Positions 28,446-37,055 of a DNA stretch of 64,000 nucleotides are shown piece by piece. Made by a program: the position numbers and the translations under genes. Position 1 is the stretch's first letter. Each line of letters starts with the position of its first letter. Source of the stretch: Candidatus Nomurabacteria bacterium (GTDB lineage: Bacteria > Patescibacteriota > Minisyncoccia > Phycocordibacterales > UBA5272); the NCBI GenBank assembly GCA_040376695.1, contig JBEIQD010000001.1, forward strand, positions 80,726 to 144,725, given 5' to 3'. Under the pieces are notes generated by a model. The model searched no databases and was not told the origin of the DNA. It worked only from the letters and a program-made list of their open reading frames with translations.

Positions 28446-28508
28446 GAGTATTGACTACATTGGTTTTTCATTGTAGTTTTATAGATATTGTTCGTTTAGG
28501 AGAAAATA

Positions 28509-29126
28509 ATGCACCTGATTACAACGGAAGAGGCTCAGAAACTCGTAGTAAGTCTTAAAGATCGGCTAGGCCGGCCAATTGACCCCGCGATAGCTGAAAT
28601 ACTTGCTGAGTTCATCCGCGTATCCCAAGCACTCGGATTCAAAACAATTGGAAGCTGCGAAGGTCATATTGATTGGGGCCTTCCCTTCCCTTGGATTGAC
28701 TTTGAGGTTAGCGCTGAGCGAGTTCCTCTGCCTTCCCTTTGGAAGCTTTGGAAATTTTCAAAACGGCGGCGTGCCATAAAGGAAAGCAAAAAACATGCTC
28801 AGAACGCGGAAGAAAAAACAGACCAGCTGTGCGCAATGTTGACACGTTTCCTTGTCCAGCACGACAAGGTGCACGGAGTTCAGCCTGAAGCTTTTCTTGT
28901 GATTGACCGTTGGCAACGGTTTCTGTTCAGACTTATGCCGGCACGAACACTGCTTTCTGATAGTTACAAGGTGTCCGGTGACATTTCGGCCCTTAACTCC
29001 TTACTTGAAGAGCAGCGTCGCGTCTTTAAATCTTTTGCCTCTTTTTGCGTCGCCACGCTTGAGCGAGAGCAAAATCTCGCTGGTGTCCCCGACGAAGGAT
29101 GTAAAGGATGCATGGGGCGTGGTTGA
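28509..29126 (+). CDS. hypothetical protein with T-x-x-SCEGH motif (cassette 6)
   Basis: TTGACT-17-TAGTTT promoter, AGGAG SD, own terminator, higher GC. Confidence 0.7.
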   Translation: MHLITTEEAQKLVVSLKDRLGRPIDPAIAEILAEFIRVSQALGFKTIGSCEGHIDWGLPFPWIDFEVSAERVPLPSLWKLWKFSKRRRAIKESKKHAQNAEEKTDQLCAMLTRFLVQHDKVHGVQPEAFLVIDRWQRFLFRLMPARTLLSDSYKVSGDISALNSLLEEQRRVFKSFASFCVATLEREQNLAGVPDEGCKGCMGRG

Positions 29127-29186
29127 GCCTCATCTACAAAAGCCGCATGGTTTCGCCCAGCGGTTTTGTTTTTGTAAATTCTCGAG

Positions 29187-29257
29187 CTGGGGTACAAGGA
29201 CTCGAACCTCGATACTCAGGACCAAAACCTGATGTCCTACCATTAGACGATACCCCA
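29187..29257 (-). tRNA. tRNA-Gln(TTG), CCA not encoded
   Basis: TGGGGTA acceptor/TACCCCA-G; anticodon arm TCAGG-TTTTGGT-CCTGA; GGTTCGAGTCC T arm. Confidence 0.97.
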
Positions 29258-29622
29258 ATGTTTATTTTGTTTGTGACCCACGTTTCGTAACTTACTTGTT
29301 CTTTCTTGACCTGAAGTGTCATTTGGTTAGAAACTGTGGTCAGGTCTCTAACTCTTCGCGGCCGAGCCGTCTCGACCCATTTTTATTTTCTTACCCGTCA
29401 CCTTTTATCTGCCCTTAATCGATCTTGATGCTTGAGAGTTATTTGGTTCCTTCGCTTGCTAGCTACGGAACTCTTCGTCGCTCTTCGCTCCTTGACTCAA
29501 TTTCGGTGCTGTAATACTATCATTTTTCTACCGATTTTTCCACACATGGTTTCATTGTAAGCTTTATAGATATAGGGATAACTTGCTAGCCCTCCTGACC
29601 ATGTTCGGTATACTTTAGTTGT

Positions 29623-30012
29623 ATGGAAACAACAATTTTACTTTCAAAGGTTCTTGGGCTTTATTTAATAATATCGGGTCTTATCGTTATGCTTCGTAAG
29701 GAGTATTTTCTCCCAGTGTTTTCTGTTTTCGTAAAGGAAAAAATGACGAGAATTATTCTTGCGTTTATTGAGCTTCTCGCTGGATTGTTCCTTGTGGTCG
29801 CGCATTTTAACTTCTCAAACCTCCCTGCTTCGATTATTTCAATTCTTGGAGTAACGGCGGTGTTTGAAAGTATTATGTACTCAGTACTTCCAGATAGATC
29901 ATTTACAAAGATGCTTGCGTACGTAAATCGTCCAGGTGTCTATGTCCTTGGAGGTGTGTTTTCAATTGCTATAGGATTGTATTTGGCAGCCTATGGTTTT
30001 GGAATTATTTAG
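29623..30012 (+). CDS. membrane protein
   Basis: 4 TM segments; TATACT upstream. Confidence 0.75.
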   Translation: METTILLSKVLGLYLIISGLIVMLRKEYFLPVFSVFVKEKMTRIILAFIELLAGLFLVVAHFNFSNLPASIISILGVTAVFESIMYSVLPDRSFTKMLAYVNRPGVYVLGGVFSIAIGLYLAAYGFGII

Positions 30013-30024
30013 TAACCTATAAGC

Positions 30025-30058
30025 AAAATAAAACCACCCGTTTGGGTGGTTTTATTTT
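30025..30058. terminator. bidirectional terminator; identical copy at 34051-34084
   Basis: AAAATAAAACCACCC-GTTT-GGGTGGTTTTATTTT between convergent genes. Confidence 0.85.
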
Positions 30059-30068
30059 TATCTAACTA

Positions 30069-31745
30069 TTAGTTACTGTAATCATACATGTTTTCAAATT
30101 TTGACGAAGGGTCAATATTTTTTATGATCGTTGGCATACCCATATATTCAATGTGGCTCGCATTCAGCGCTGTAGCATTTAGTGTCCCAGTTACGTATAT
30201 AGAAACATGAGAACCATTCGTTGCTTTGATTACTGCGTTTGCTACTTCGGTTTTATCAGCGTCAAAACGAGATGAATTTCCGTTCGTGGTCGTGAGATTC
30301 TTTATGGTTCCACTTAGGTACGCACGAGATGAATCCTCAAGGGTTGCTGTGAGCGTTGTAGCCTTTATATTCATTTCAACGGAACTAGAATTATCTAGAG
30401 CAACAGCCAGTGAGGCAACTTCGATATCACCCGTTACTCTAGAAGAATCTGTGAGAGTAATAGAAGAGAGAGTTGGTACAGTAAGTACAATGTTTGCATA
30501 TCCGTGATCACAGAGGATACAAGAAGCAGGTTCTTCACTTTCTATTTCTCCAAGAGTAAGTGTTCCGTCTTCTTGTGCGTAGGTTACTTTTGTAATATCT
30601 TCAGCGCGTCCTTTTATTTCAAGACTATAGGTGTCTCCTTGTACGATTCGTACTGTTTGATCATTAGTAACCACTAGTTTAGTAAAAGATTCCAGTGGAA
30701 TTACCTGTGATTGAGTTTTGTAGTACGGGTCTGTGCGAACAGTATTTGCTACGTTCATCCCTACTTTAGTTCCACTTACCCCTGCAGCGACAATTGCCAC
30801 AAACCATACGCTTAAAAGTATAAGTATTGCTGTTTTTGATAATCCATTTTTCTTACGGATAAGAAACATACCCAAAGATCCGATAAATATCAATGGAATA
30901 AGGGCTACAAGGTAAAGGGACACAGCTAATATTTTTGCAGCACCACTCATCGCAATTGTCATAAACGGGGCTTCAACTAAATCTGGAGGAAGCACAAAGA
31001 GAGCTAGCATGAGTCCAACACTAGCAAGAGCCGCAAAGAATACTCCTTCGAAAAGAAATACAGCACCTATAACTACACGAATTGCTGGGAAAATAGTTGT
31101 TTTTATCCAGTATGCAACGGAACGCAATGCTTCAAATGGTAGATTTATTGCTTTCATAAAGTTGTTTTTATGCTCAGGTGTATTCACTTCTTCTATTTTG
31201 TCTCTCATCATTTCTGCCATGGCGGCCACAGTCACAGGGCTTCCTTTCATAGAGAGTTTTTGTGACGTTGTTCGTGCTTCAGGTACCACTATCCAAAGAA
31301 TGATGTAGGCAATAACACCTGTTCCACCCAAGAACACAGAAACCAGGAAAATGGCACGGAAGATAATTGGATCAACTCCGAAGAAGTGTCCAAGTCCTGA
31401 AGAAACTCCACCTATGATGGCATTCTCTGGGTCACGATAGAGTTGTTTAATTGTTTGTGAAGATTCTTTTGTGGATTGTTCGTTTTCTTCTTGTCCATCA
31501 AATTGTTCAACAGTGCCCATAATCTCCATTACCATCTCTACATCTTTTTGAGTGATTACTTTGTTTCCTTTTTCTGTAAATTTTTCTGCAATACGAGCTT
31601 CAATATCTTCAAGAATTTCATCCTTATTAACATCATCTTTAAAGTGGAGCTTAATTTGAGCAAGATAGTGTTCAAGTTTTTCAAAAGCATCTTCTTCTAC
31701 ATGAAAGAGTGCGTTTCCTATGCTGAGATTATATGTCTTTTTCAT
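30069..31745 (-). CDS. PspC-domain membrane protein with C-terminal DUF2807/GIN domain
   Basis: MKKT..NLS..F.VEEDA..L..YL; LYRDPENAIIGGVSSGLGHFFGVD..YIILWIVVPEA; beta-solenoid C-terminus. Confidence 0.88.
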   Translation of the reverse strand: MKKTYNLSIGNALFHVEEDAFEKLEHYLAQIKLHFKDDVNKDEILEDIEARIAEKFTEKGNKVITQKDVEMVMEIMGTVEQFDGQEENEQSTKESSQTIKQLYRDPENAIIGGVSSGLGHFFGVDPIIFRAIFLVSVFLGGTGVIAYIILWIVVPEARTTSQKLSMKGSPVTVAAMAEMMRDKIEEVNTPEHKNNFMKAINLPFEALRSVAYWIKTTIFPAIRVVIGAVFLFEGVFFAALASVGLMLALFVLPPDLVEAPFMTIAMSGAAKILAVSLYLVALIPLIFIGSLGMFLIRKKNGLSKTAILILLSVWFVAIVAAGVSGTKVGMNVANTVRTDPYYKTQSQVIPLESFTKLVVTNDQTVRIVQGDTYSLEIKGRAEDITKVTYAQEDGTLTLGEIESEEPASCILCDHGYANIVLTVPTLSSITLTDSSRVTGDIEVASLAVALDNSSSVEMNIKATTLTATLEDSSRAYLSGTIKNLTTTNGNSSRFDADKTEVANAVIKATNGSHVSIYVTGTLNATALNASHIEYMGMPTIIKNIDPSSKFENMYDYSN

Positions 31746-31751
31746 AATGGA

Positions 31752-32084
31752 TTATTTAATAAGTGAATTAATTGATTGAATAAGTTCTTTCCAGATTTTT
31801 TTGAGATTTTCTAATGTTTTTTTGCCTTCATCGGTGAGTTCATAGTATTTTCGTGGCGGACCTGATTTTGATTCCTCCCAGCTGTATTCAAGGAGTCCTT
31901 GTGACTTCAGTCGAGAGAGTAATGGATATAATGTTCCTTCTACTATGAGTAAATCTGCTAATTTGAGTTGAGTAATGATTTTTGAAGCGTACGCTTTGTC
32001 TTTTTCAATAATGAGAAGCGTGCAGAATTCGAGCATTCCTTTTCTCATTTGGTTCTTATGGGATTCTTGTAATTCTTCTTTCAT
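31752..32084 (-). CDS. PadR-family transcriptional regulator
   Basis: QMRKGMLE, EGTLYPLLSRL, GPPRKYY.LT..G. Confidence 0.93.
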   Translation of the reverse strand: MKEELQESHKNQMRKGMLEFCTLLIIEKDKAYASKIITQLKLADLLIVEGTLYPLLSRLKSQGLLEYSWEESKSGPPRKYYELTDEGKKTLENLKKIWKELIQSINSLIK

Positions 32085-32102
32085 GGTTAAAGTATTACAT
32101 AC

Positions 32103-32129
32103 GGTACTATGTCTTGCAAGGTACTATGT
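32103..32129. promoter_or_regulatory. probable PadR operator
   Basis: GGTACTATGT repeated at 32103 and 32120, directly upstream of padR. Confidence 0.5.
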
Positions 32130-32443
32130 ATATAAGTTATCCACAGGTATTCTATTTTATCAAAATGTATGTGTAAGATTATATAAAGAGTGTCGTCTCT
32201 ATATACAGACTGTACATCGAAGACAGAAATCCCATCATCAGCGCCATCTGATTGCGTTGTGTCTAGTAATAGATATATGGTCTCTTGGTTTCAGTTGATG
32301 CTGGGGTCTCTGTCTTCAAACAAAATAATAAAGCGATATAGGGATAAAGAGACGCCTGCTGGGTGTCTCTTTATTTTTTTAACAACTCCTCTTCTGTGAG
32401 TTATCTACTTGCGGATAACAGAACATAGTACATACTTATATAT

Positions 32444-32932
32444 ATGAGAAATCTTTATATCGCCGCCTTCGTTGGCCTTGTTATCATTGCAAGTAGTATT
32501 GTCTACGCCAACAAAAATACAACCCCTGTTTCTGTGGAAGAAAAACCTGAAGTAACTGAAGAAGTTATTCCAATTGGAACAATGCCCGCCAACCTCCCTC
32601 TTATTGGAACTGAATGGGTATGGCTTCACACAGAACTTCCGAATGACAAAATGGTTTCAACTCCAGAACGAGAAAAGTATGTACTCACACTTGATGCGAC
32701 AAAAAGAGTAATGAGTACCACAGACTGTAATACCTTTATCGGTAAGTATGAAATTAATGGAGAAGTGCTCTCATTTGGCCCGTTTACTTCTACAAAGAAA
32801 GCCTGTTCAGGTTCGATAGAATCTATTTATGCTAAAGATCTAATGTTAACAACTTCTTATCAGATTGTAGGAGAGCGTATGTATATCAATCTTAATCGTG
32901 ATGCTGGAAGAATGGTTTTTGAAAAGAAATAA
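32444..32932 (+). CDS. META domain protein
   Basis: GTEWVW, TDCN..G.Y, FGPF.STKKAC. Confidence 0.85.
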   Translation: MRNLYIAAFVGLVIIASSIVYANKNTTPVSVEEKPEVTEEVIPIGTMPANLPLIGTEWVWLHTELPNDKMVSTPEREKYVLTLDATKRVMSTTDCNTFIGKYEINGEVLSFGPFTSTKKACSGSIESIYAKDLMLTTSYQIVGERMYINLNRDAGRMVFEKK

Positions 32933-33083
32933 ATCTCAATTCATTTAATAAAGATTTAAAAAAGACCCTGTAATAAAAGGGTCTTTTTTAATGAAAGAAA
33001 ACACCTTCTGCCACGTCATAGTATGCAGACAGCAACGCAATAACTCTCAGTTGTCTGTATTACTATAAAATATTTACACTACT

Positions 33084-33236
33084 ATGCTTACAACTATAGC
33101 AACAATACTCGTTATCCTTTGGTTACTTGGATTCCTAGGCTTCCATGTACTCGGAAGTTTTATTCACGTGCTTTTGGTGATAGCAATTATCATCTTCCTT
33201 ATCCGTATTATCCAAGGAAGAAACCCAATCTCGTAA
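33084..33236 (+). CDS. lmo0937/DUF5670-type 50-aa membrane protein
   Basis: MLTTIATILVILWLLGFLGFHVLGSFIHVLLVIAIIIFLIRIIQGRNPIS. Confidence 0.85.
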   Translation: MLTTIATILVILWLLGFLGFHVLGSFIHVLLVIAIIIFLIRIIQGRNPIS

Positions 33237-33297
33237 TATACTAATACTTGGAATCTACCAAGAAACTATTTATTAGATATTTATAATTTATAACAAT

Positions 33298-34032
33298 ATG
33301 AAAAGATCTACTATGATTATTTCGGCTATTGTTGCAGTGATTGTCATCGGCTTAATTGCTTGGACATTTACTCGTGATGCCGACGTTGTTGTGCCTATTG
33401 AAAATGGTACAGCAACAACAACTCCGACTGAAGGAGGAAACACTACAGGTGGAAATACTTCTACAGGTGGTACAGCAAACTCAACATCAGGACTTGGCGA
33501 GACATATGCAAATGCAACTCATGGATTTACTATTAGTTACCCACGAGAACTTACTACTGAGAACTTCGGAGTATTCCATGCACTCAATAACAATGACTGG
33601 CGTATTGGTGCAACAGCCGCAAAGCGCGGAACTCCTGTTATAGCAATCCCTGTTATTAAAATTGATAACACAGGATCTACAAAGAAGAACTACCCCCTCT
33701 TTTTCGCAGCTGAAGTTCGTGTCGGTGTAAGTACTGACGTAGCTCAGTGTTATGCAAAAGACGACGGATACACATCTCAGACAGTTACAGACGTAACAAT
33801 CAACGGTGTGGCGTTCAAGAAGTTTGTTTTCGCAGATGCAGCTATGCAACAGTACCTAAACGGTGCTAGTTACCGAACAATCAGAAACAATAAGTGTTAT
33901 GTTATCGAACAGATTCGAAATGGATCAAGTTACCGAGACGAAACGCTTGTTGGAGGTTACACTGATGTTGATCTAGATACTTTCTACGCACGAACGACAC
34001 CAATTGTGATGTCATTCAAGTTTAGTAAGTAA
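33298..34032 (+). CDS. membrane-anchored secreted protein
   Basis: N-terminal TM, T/G-rich linker, Y.N..HGF.I.YP. Confidence 0.75.
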   Translation: MKRSTMIISAIVAVIVIGLIAWTFTRDADVVVPIENGTATTTPTEGGNTTGGNTSTGGTANSTSGLGETYANATHGFTISYPRELTTENFGVFHALNNNDWRIGATAAKRGTPVIAIPVIKIDNTGSTKKNYPLFFAAEVRVGVSTDVAQCYAKDDGYTSQTVTDVTINGVAFKKFVFADAAMQQYLNGASYRTIRNNKCYVIEQIRNGSSYRDETLVGGYTDVDLDTFYARTTPIVMSFKFSK

Positions 34033-34050
34033 TTTCTTCACTACTCAGAT

Positions 34051-34084
34051 AAAATAAAACCACCCGTTTGGGTGGTTTTATTTT
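34051..34084. terminator. bidirectional terminator; identical to 30025-30058
   Basis: Perfect inverted repeat between convergent genes. Confidence 0.85.
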
Positions 34085-34090
34085 ATCTTT

Positions 34091-35164
34091 CTATAGCTGC
34101 TTTTCTTTCACTTCTACGCTTTTACCTGTTTCAATGTAGAATCGTATACGTCCAACGATACGATTATCATCTACCTTTACGGTAATTCTCCACATGCCAG
34201 GTGTTACATTTTCTTTTTGTGAGTAAGCTCTGTAGCCATTATCTCGCCCTCCCGTTAGATCAAATGAGATTGTTGTTGAAGGTATCCATTTCTCTGTAGT
34301 TTTATCATAATATTCCCATACGTGAGTAATTGGTGCAGAAAGCTTTGCAGGGGCGCCCACCGAACTAAAGAAATAGACGCCAGCATCAGCATCGGTCATA
34401 TGATACACAGGGCGCCGATATTTGCCCAAAAAACGCGTATCAGTCTCAACTAGTCCAATATATTCCCCCGTTTCGGTGCGCGTTACTTTGTGATAGATAC
34501 CACTGTCTTTTAAAGAAAGAGGGACAGCTGGGATTACATTTAGTATGTAGAGCATTCCCACAAACATAGGAATTCCTATCGCAAGAGCAAAGCCTCTTCC
34601 ACGCTCATCTTCTGCAACTTCAGAGGTTTTACGGAGTAATGTTATGAAGAGAAAACCGACAACGGTAGCAATTGCAATTGCTATGAGGAAGACAACATCA
34701 TTTACTTTATTGAAAACGATAGGAACATTGAAAATTGAATAGAACACAAGTGCAATGAAGAAGACGGCAATGTCTAAAGTAAATCGATACTGGTGAGTTG
34801 AAATAAATTCATTCGCCACCATACACAATAAAAGAATAACGAAGAGTGGCCAAGAAACGATAAAAGCTGCACTTCTCATTGCATATACGAACACAAAGGA
34901 AAGCGCTGAACCTGAGAAAAAGGAAACACCGAATGTGAGAAGTGAAAATAATCGCTGCTCAGCAGTACTTGCTGTATTTCTAGATACAACCCATTCACGG
35001 AATAAAATAATCGCAGCTAAAATAAGAAGGTATGAAAGGCCTAGATACTTTGTCATTGGATTATCAACATCCGGGAGAAGGAAAGCATCCGTGATAAACC
35101 CAGCAAGAAAAACAATAGTACTTGCATGTTTCCACCCTTGAGAAAGAATAGCTTGTAGTGCCAT
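34091..35164 (-). CDS. DUF2914-domain membrane protein
   Basis: Multi-TM N-terminus; IPAVPLSL..GIYH, GGRDNGYRAYS.K..PGMWR. Confidence 0.8.
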   Translation of the reverse strand: MALQAILSQGWKHASTIVFLAGFITDAFLLPDVDNPMTKYLGLSYLLILAAIILFREWVVSRNTASTAEQRLFSLLTFGVSFFSGSALSFVFVYAMRSAAFIVSWPLFVILLLCMVANEFISTHQYRFTLDIAVFFIALVFYSIFNVPIVFNKVNDVVFLIAIAIATVVGFLFITLLRKTSEVAEDERGRGFALAIGIPMFVGMLYILNVIPAVPLSLKDSGIYHKVTRTETGEYIGLVETDTRFLGKYRRPVYHMTDADAGVYFFSSVGAPAKLSAPITHVWEYYDKTTEKWIPSTTISFDLTGGRDNGYRAYSQKENVTPGMWRITVKVDDNRIVGRIRFYIETGKSVEVKEKQL

Positions 35165-35215
35165 GATGTTAGCAGTGTAACATTTAGGTGCTCTATCTTG
35201 TATACTAAAGCACAT

Positions 35216-35620
35216 ATGAAAAAAACATCTATTATAGTACTTTCGTTACTCGGGCTTATTGTTATTGGTGGAATTGTGTGGGCTTATTCAAATTACAAAG
35301 CTTACGCCCCAACTACATACATAGTAGAGACTGAAACTGGAACAACAACTATTGATACGACAACTAAGACTGAAACCCCTGGATCTCCGACATACACCAT
35401 GACAGATGTGGCTGCGCATAACAATGCAACAAGTTGCTACACGGTGATAAGTGGCAAGGTATACGATCTTACTATGTGGGTTGCTATGCACCCTGGAGGA
35501 AAGACTGCAATTCTTTCATTGTGTGGAGTGGATGGTACAGAAAGATTTAACAAAAAGCACGGATCGGATTCAAAACCAAATACTACACTTACTCGTTTTA
35601 AGATTGGCGTACTCAACTAA
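35216..35620 (+). CDS. membrane-anchored cytochrome b5-like heme-binding protein
   Basis: VAAHN...CY.VI.GKVYDLT.W...HPGG..I...CG.DGT..F...H. Confidence 0.9.
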   Translation: MKKTSIIVLSLLGLIVIGGIVWAYSNYKAYAPTTYIVETETGTTTIDTTTKTETPGSPTYTMTDVAAHNNATSCYTVISGKVYDLTMWVAMHPGGKTAILSLCGVDGTERFNKKHGSDSKPNTTLTRFKIGVLN

Positions 35621-35629
35621 TTCATTTTT

Positions 35630-36058
35630 ATGAGCGATATTCTTTTACCTCTTCACCTGATTACATTAGGTTTCATTTTTTGGACGATTATTCACGCTGA
35701 TCATCTTGCTTTTAATTGGATACGTGGAAAAGTCGCCACTCTTCCAAAAGAAAAAGTACAAAAATACCATCGCAATACTTGGATGGGGCTCGGTGGAATG
35801 ATTCTTACTGGTTTTCTTTTGTTCTGGCCTATGCGTGAGTTCTTACTTGGCCGACCGCAGTTCTACGCAAAAATGGCTTTTGTTGTAACCCTCGTCGCTA
35901 ACGGATTTGTTATCGGACATTTACAGAAGATCGCACTCCTCAAATCATTTAAGCAGTTAACTTTCAAAGAAAAAATACCACTCTTCATTTCTGGTGGTGT
36001 TTCAACACTTGCCTGGATTGGCGCTGCTCTCGGTGGCCTTTTCCTGATTCCTGATTAA
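35630..36058 (+). CDS. membrane protein co-transcribed with cytochrome b5 gene
   Basis: 4 TM segments with several His residues. Confidence 0.7.
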   Translation: MSDILLPLHLITLGFIFWTIIHADHLAFNWIRGKVATLPKEKVQKYHRNTWMGLGGMILTGFLLFWPMREFLLGRPQFYAKMAFVVTLVANGFVIGHLQKIALLKSFKQLTFKEKIPLFISGGVSTLAWIGAALGGLFLIPD

Positions 36059-37050
36059 AGCTCTATTTGTTCTAGTAAAATTGCCTCAAAGGCCGTCCAA
36101 GCATGCGCATCTGATACTTCGAGAAGGCGGCGCTTTTCAAGGAGCCCTAAGATCAATTTTGAGCCTAGAATGAGAGGGAATTCATTCGCAAGTTTTGCTA
36201 TCTCTTTATTTTCTACATCTTCACCAACGCGAGAAAGTAGACCTTGTCTGATTAATTCAATCAGATCGTCATAGGTTCGAATAGCGTTCTTGTCTCTGGC
36301 GGACGTCAGAAGATTTACAATACTTTTTGGGTTTTTCTTGCACATCGCTTCCACAAGAGAAACCAGTAGTTCTGCTTCTGATGAACCCAACATAGCGCGA
36401 ACTTTTTCGTGATCTATTTTCTTATCTGACACAGCAAGAATCTGTTCAAGTATTCCAAGTGCGTCACGGTACGACCCTTTCCCGTGAATGGCGACAAGTC
36501 CTGCAGAATCAGTGTGTAGTACAAAACCTTCCTGTTGAGCTACGTGAGTAAGCTGCTGAGATAAAATTTCGTTTGTCGGATTTTTAAAGACCACTTTCTG
36601 ACAACGGGAAACAATAGTTGCTGGAAGTTTTTCTGGATCAGTTGTGGCAAGAATGAAAACAACATGACTTGGTGGCTCCTCAAGTGTTTTAAGTAATGCA
36701 TTGGACGCTTCTTTTGTAAGCATGTGTGCCTCATCAATAATATATATTTTATATTTACTAGAAAAAGGTGCCGTTCTAACAGCTTCACGAAGCTCACGTA
36801 TTTCATCGATACCACGATTACTTGCAGCGTCTATTTCAACAATATCTTCGGGGTTACATCCAATTTCTCTCGCAACGATTCTCGCCACACTTGTCTTCCC
36901 CGTCCCTCTTCCTCCACAAAAAAGGTACGCATGAGAGATTTTATTTTGCTTGATTGAGTTAACAAGAAGATCAACTACTTGCTCTTGTCCAACAACATCT
37001 TTAAATGTATGAGGGCGATATTTACGATACAGAGCTACGTAAGATGTCAT
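36055..37050 (-). CDS. dnaX: DNA polymerase III subunit gamma/tau (short form)
   Basis: LYRKYRP..F..VVGQ, GRGTGKTS, EIDAASNRG, IIDEAHML, LLKTLEEPP, SRCQ. Confidence 0.95.
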   Translation of the reverse strand: MTSYVALYRKYRPHTFKDVVGQEQVVDLLVNSIKQNKISHAYLFCGGRGTGKTSVARIVAREIGCNPEDIVEIDAASNRGIDEIRELREAVRTAPFSSKYKIYIIDEAHMLTKEASNALLKTLEEPPSHVVFILATTDPEKLPATIVSRCQKVVFKNPTNEILSQQLTHVAQQEGFVLHTDSAGLVAIHGKGSYRDALGILEQILAVSDKKIDHEKVRAMLGSSEAELLVSLVEAMCKKNPKSIVNLLTSARDKNAIRTYDDLIELIRQGLLSRVGEDVENKEIAKLANEFPLILGSKLILGLLEKRRLLEVSDAHAWTAFEAILLEQIEL

Positions 37051-37055
37051 ATGCT

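Noticed and set aside
4586-32145. DnaA boxes (TGTGGATAA at 4586, TTATCCACA at 32137) as oriC
   Set aside because: They are isolated single boxes with no cluster and no dnaA/dnaN nearby.
33024-33060. Hairpin in the leader of the lmo0937-like gene as a riboswitch
   Set aside because: It is a single imperfect stem with no recognisable aptamer consensus.
36055-37050. Short dnaX as a pseudogene or frameshift product
   Set aside because: The clamp-loader domains are intact and the stop overlaps a convergent gene, leaving no room for a tau extension.
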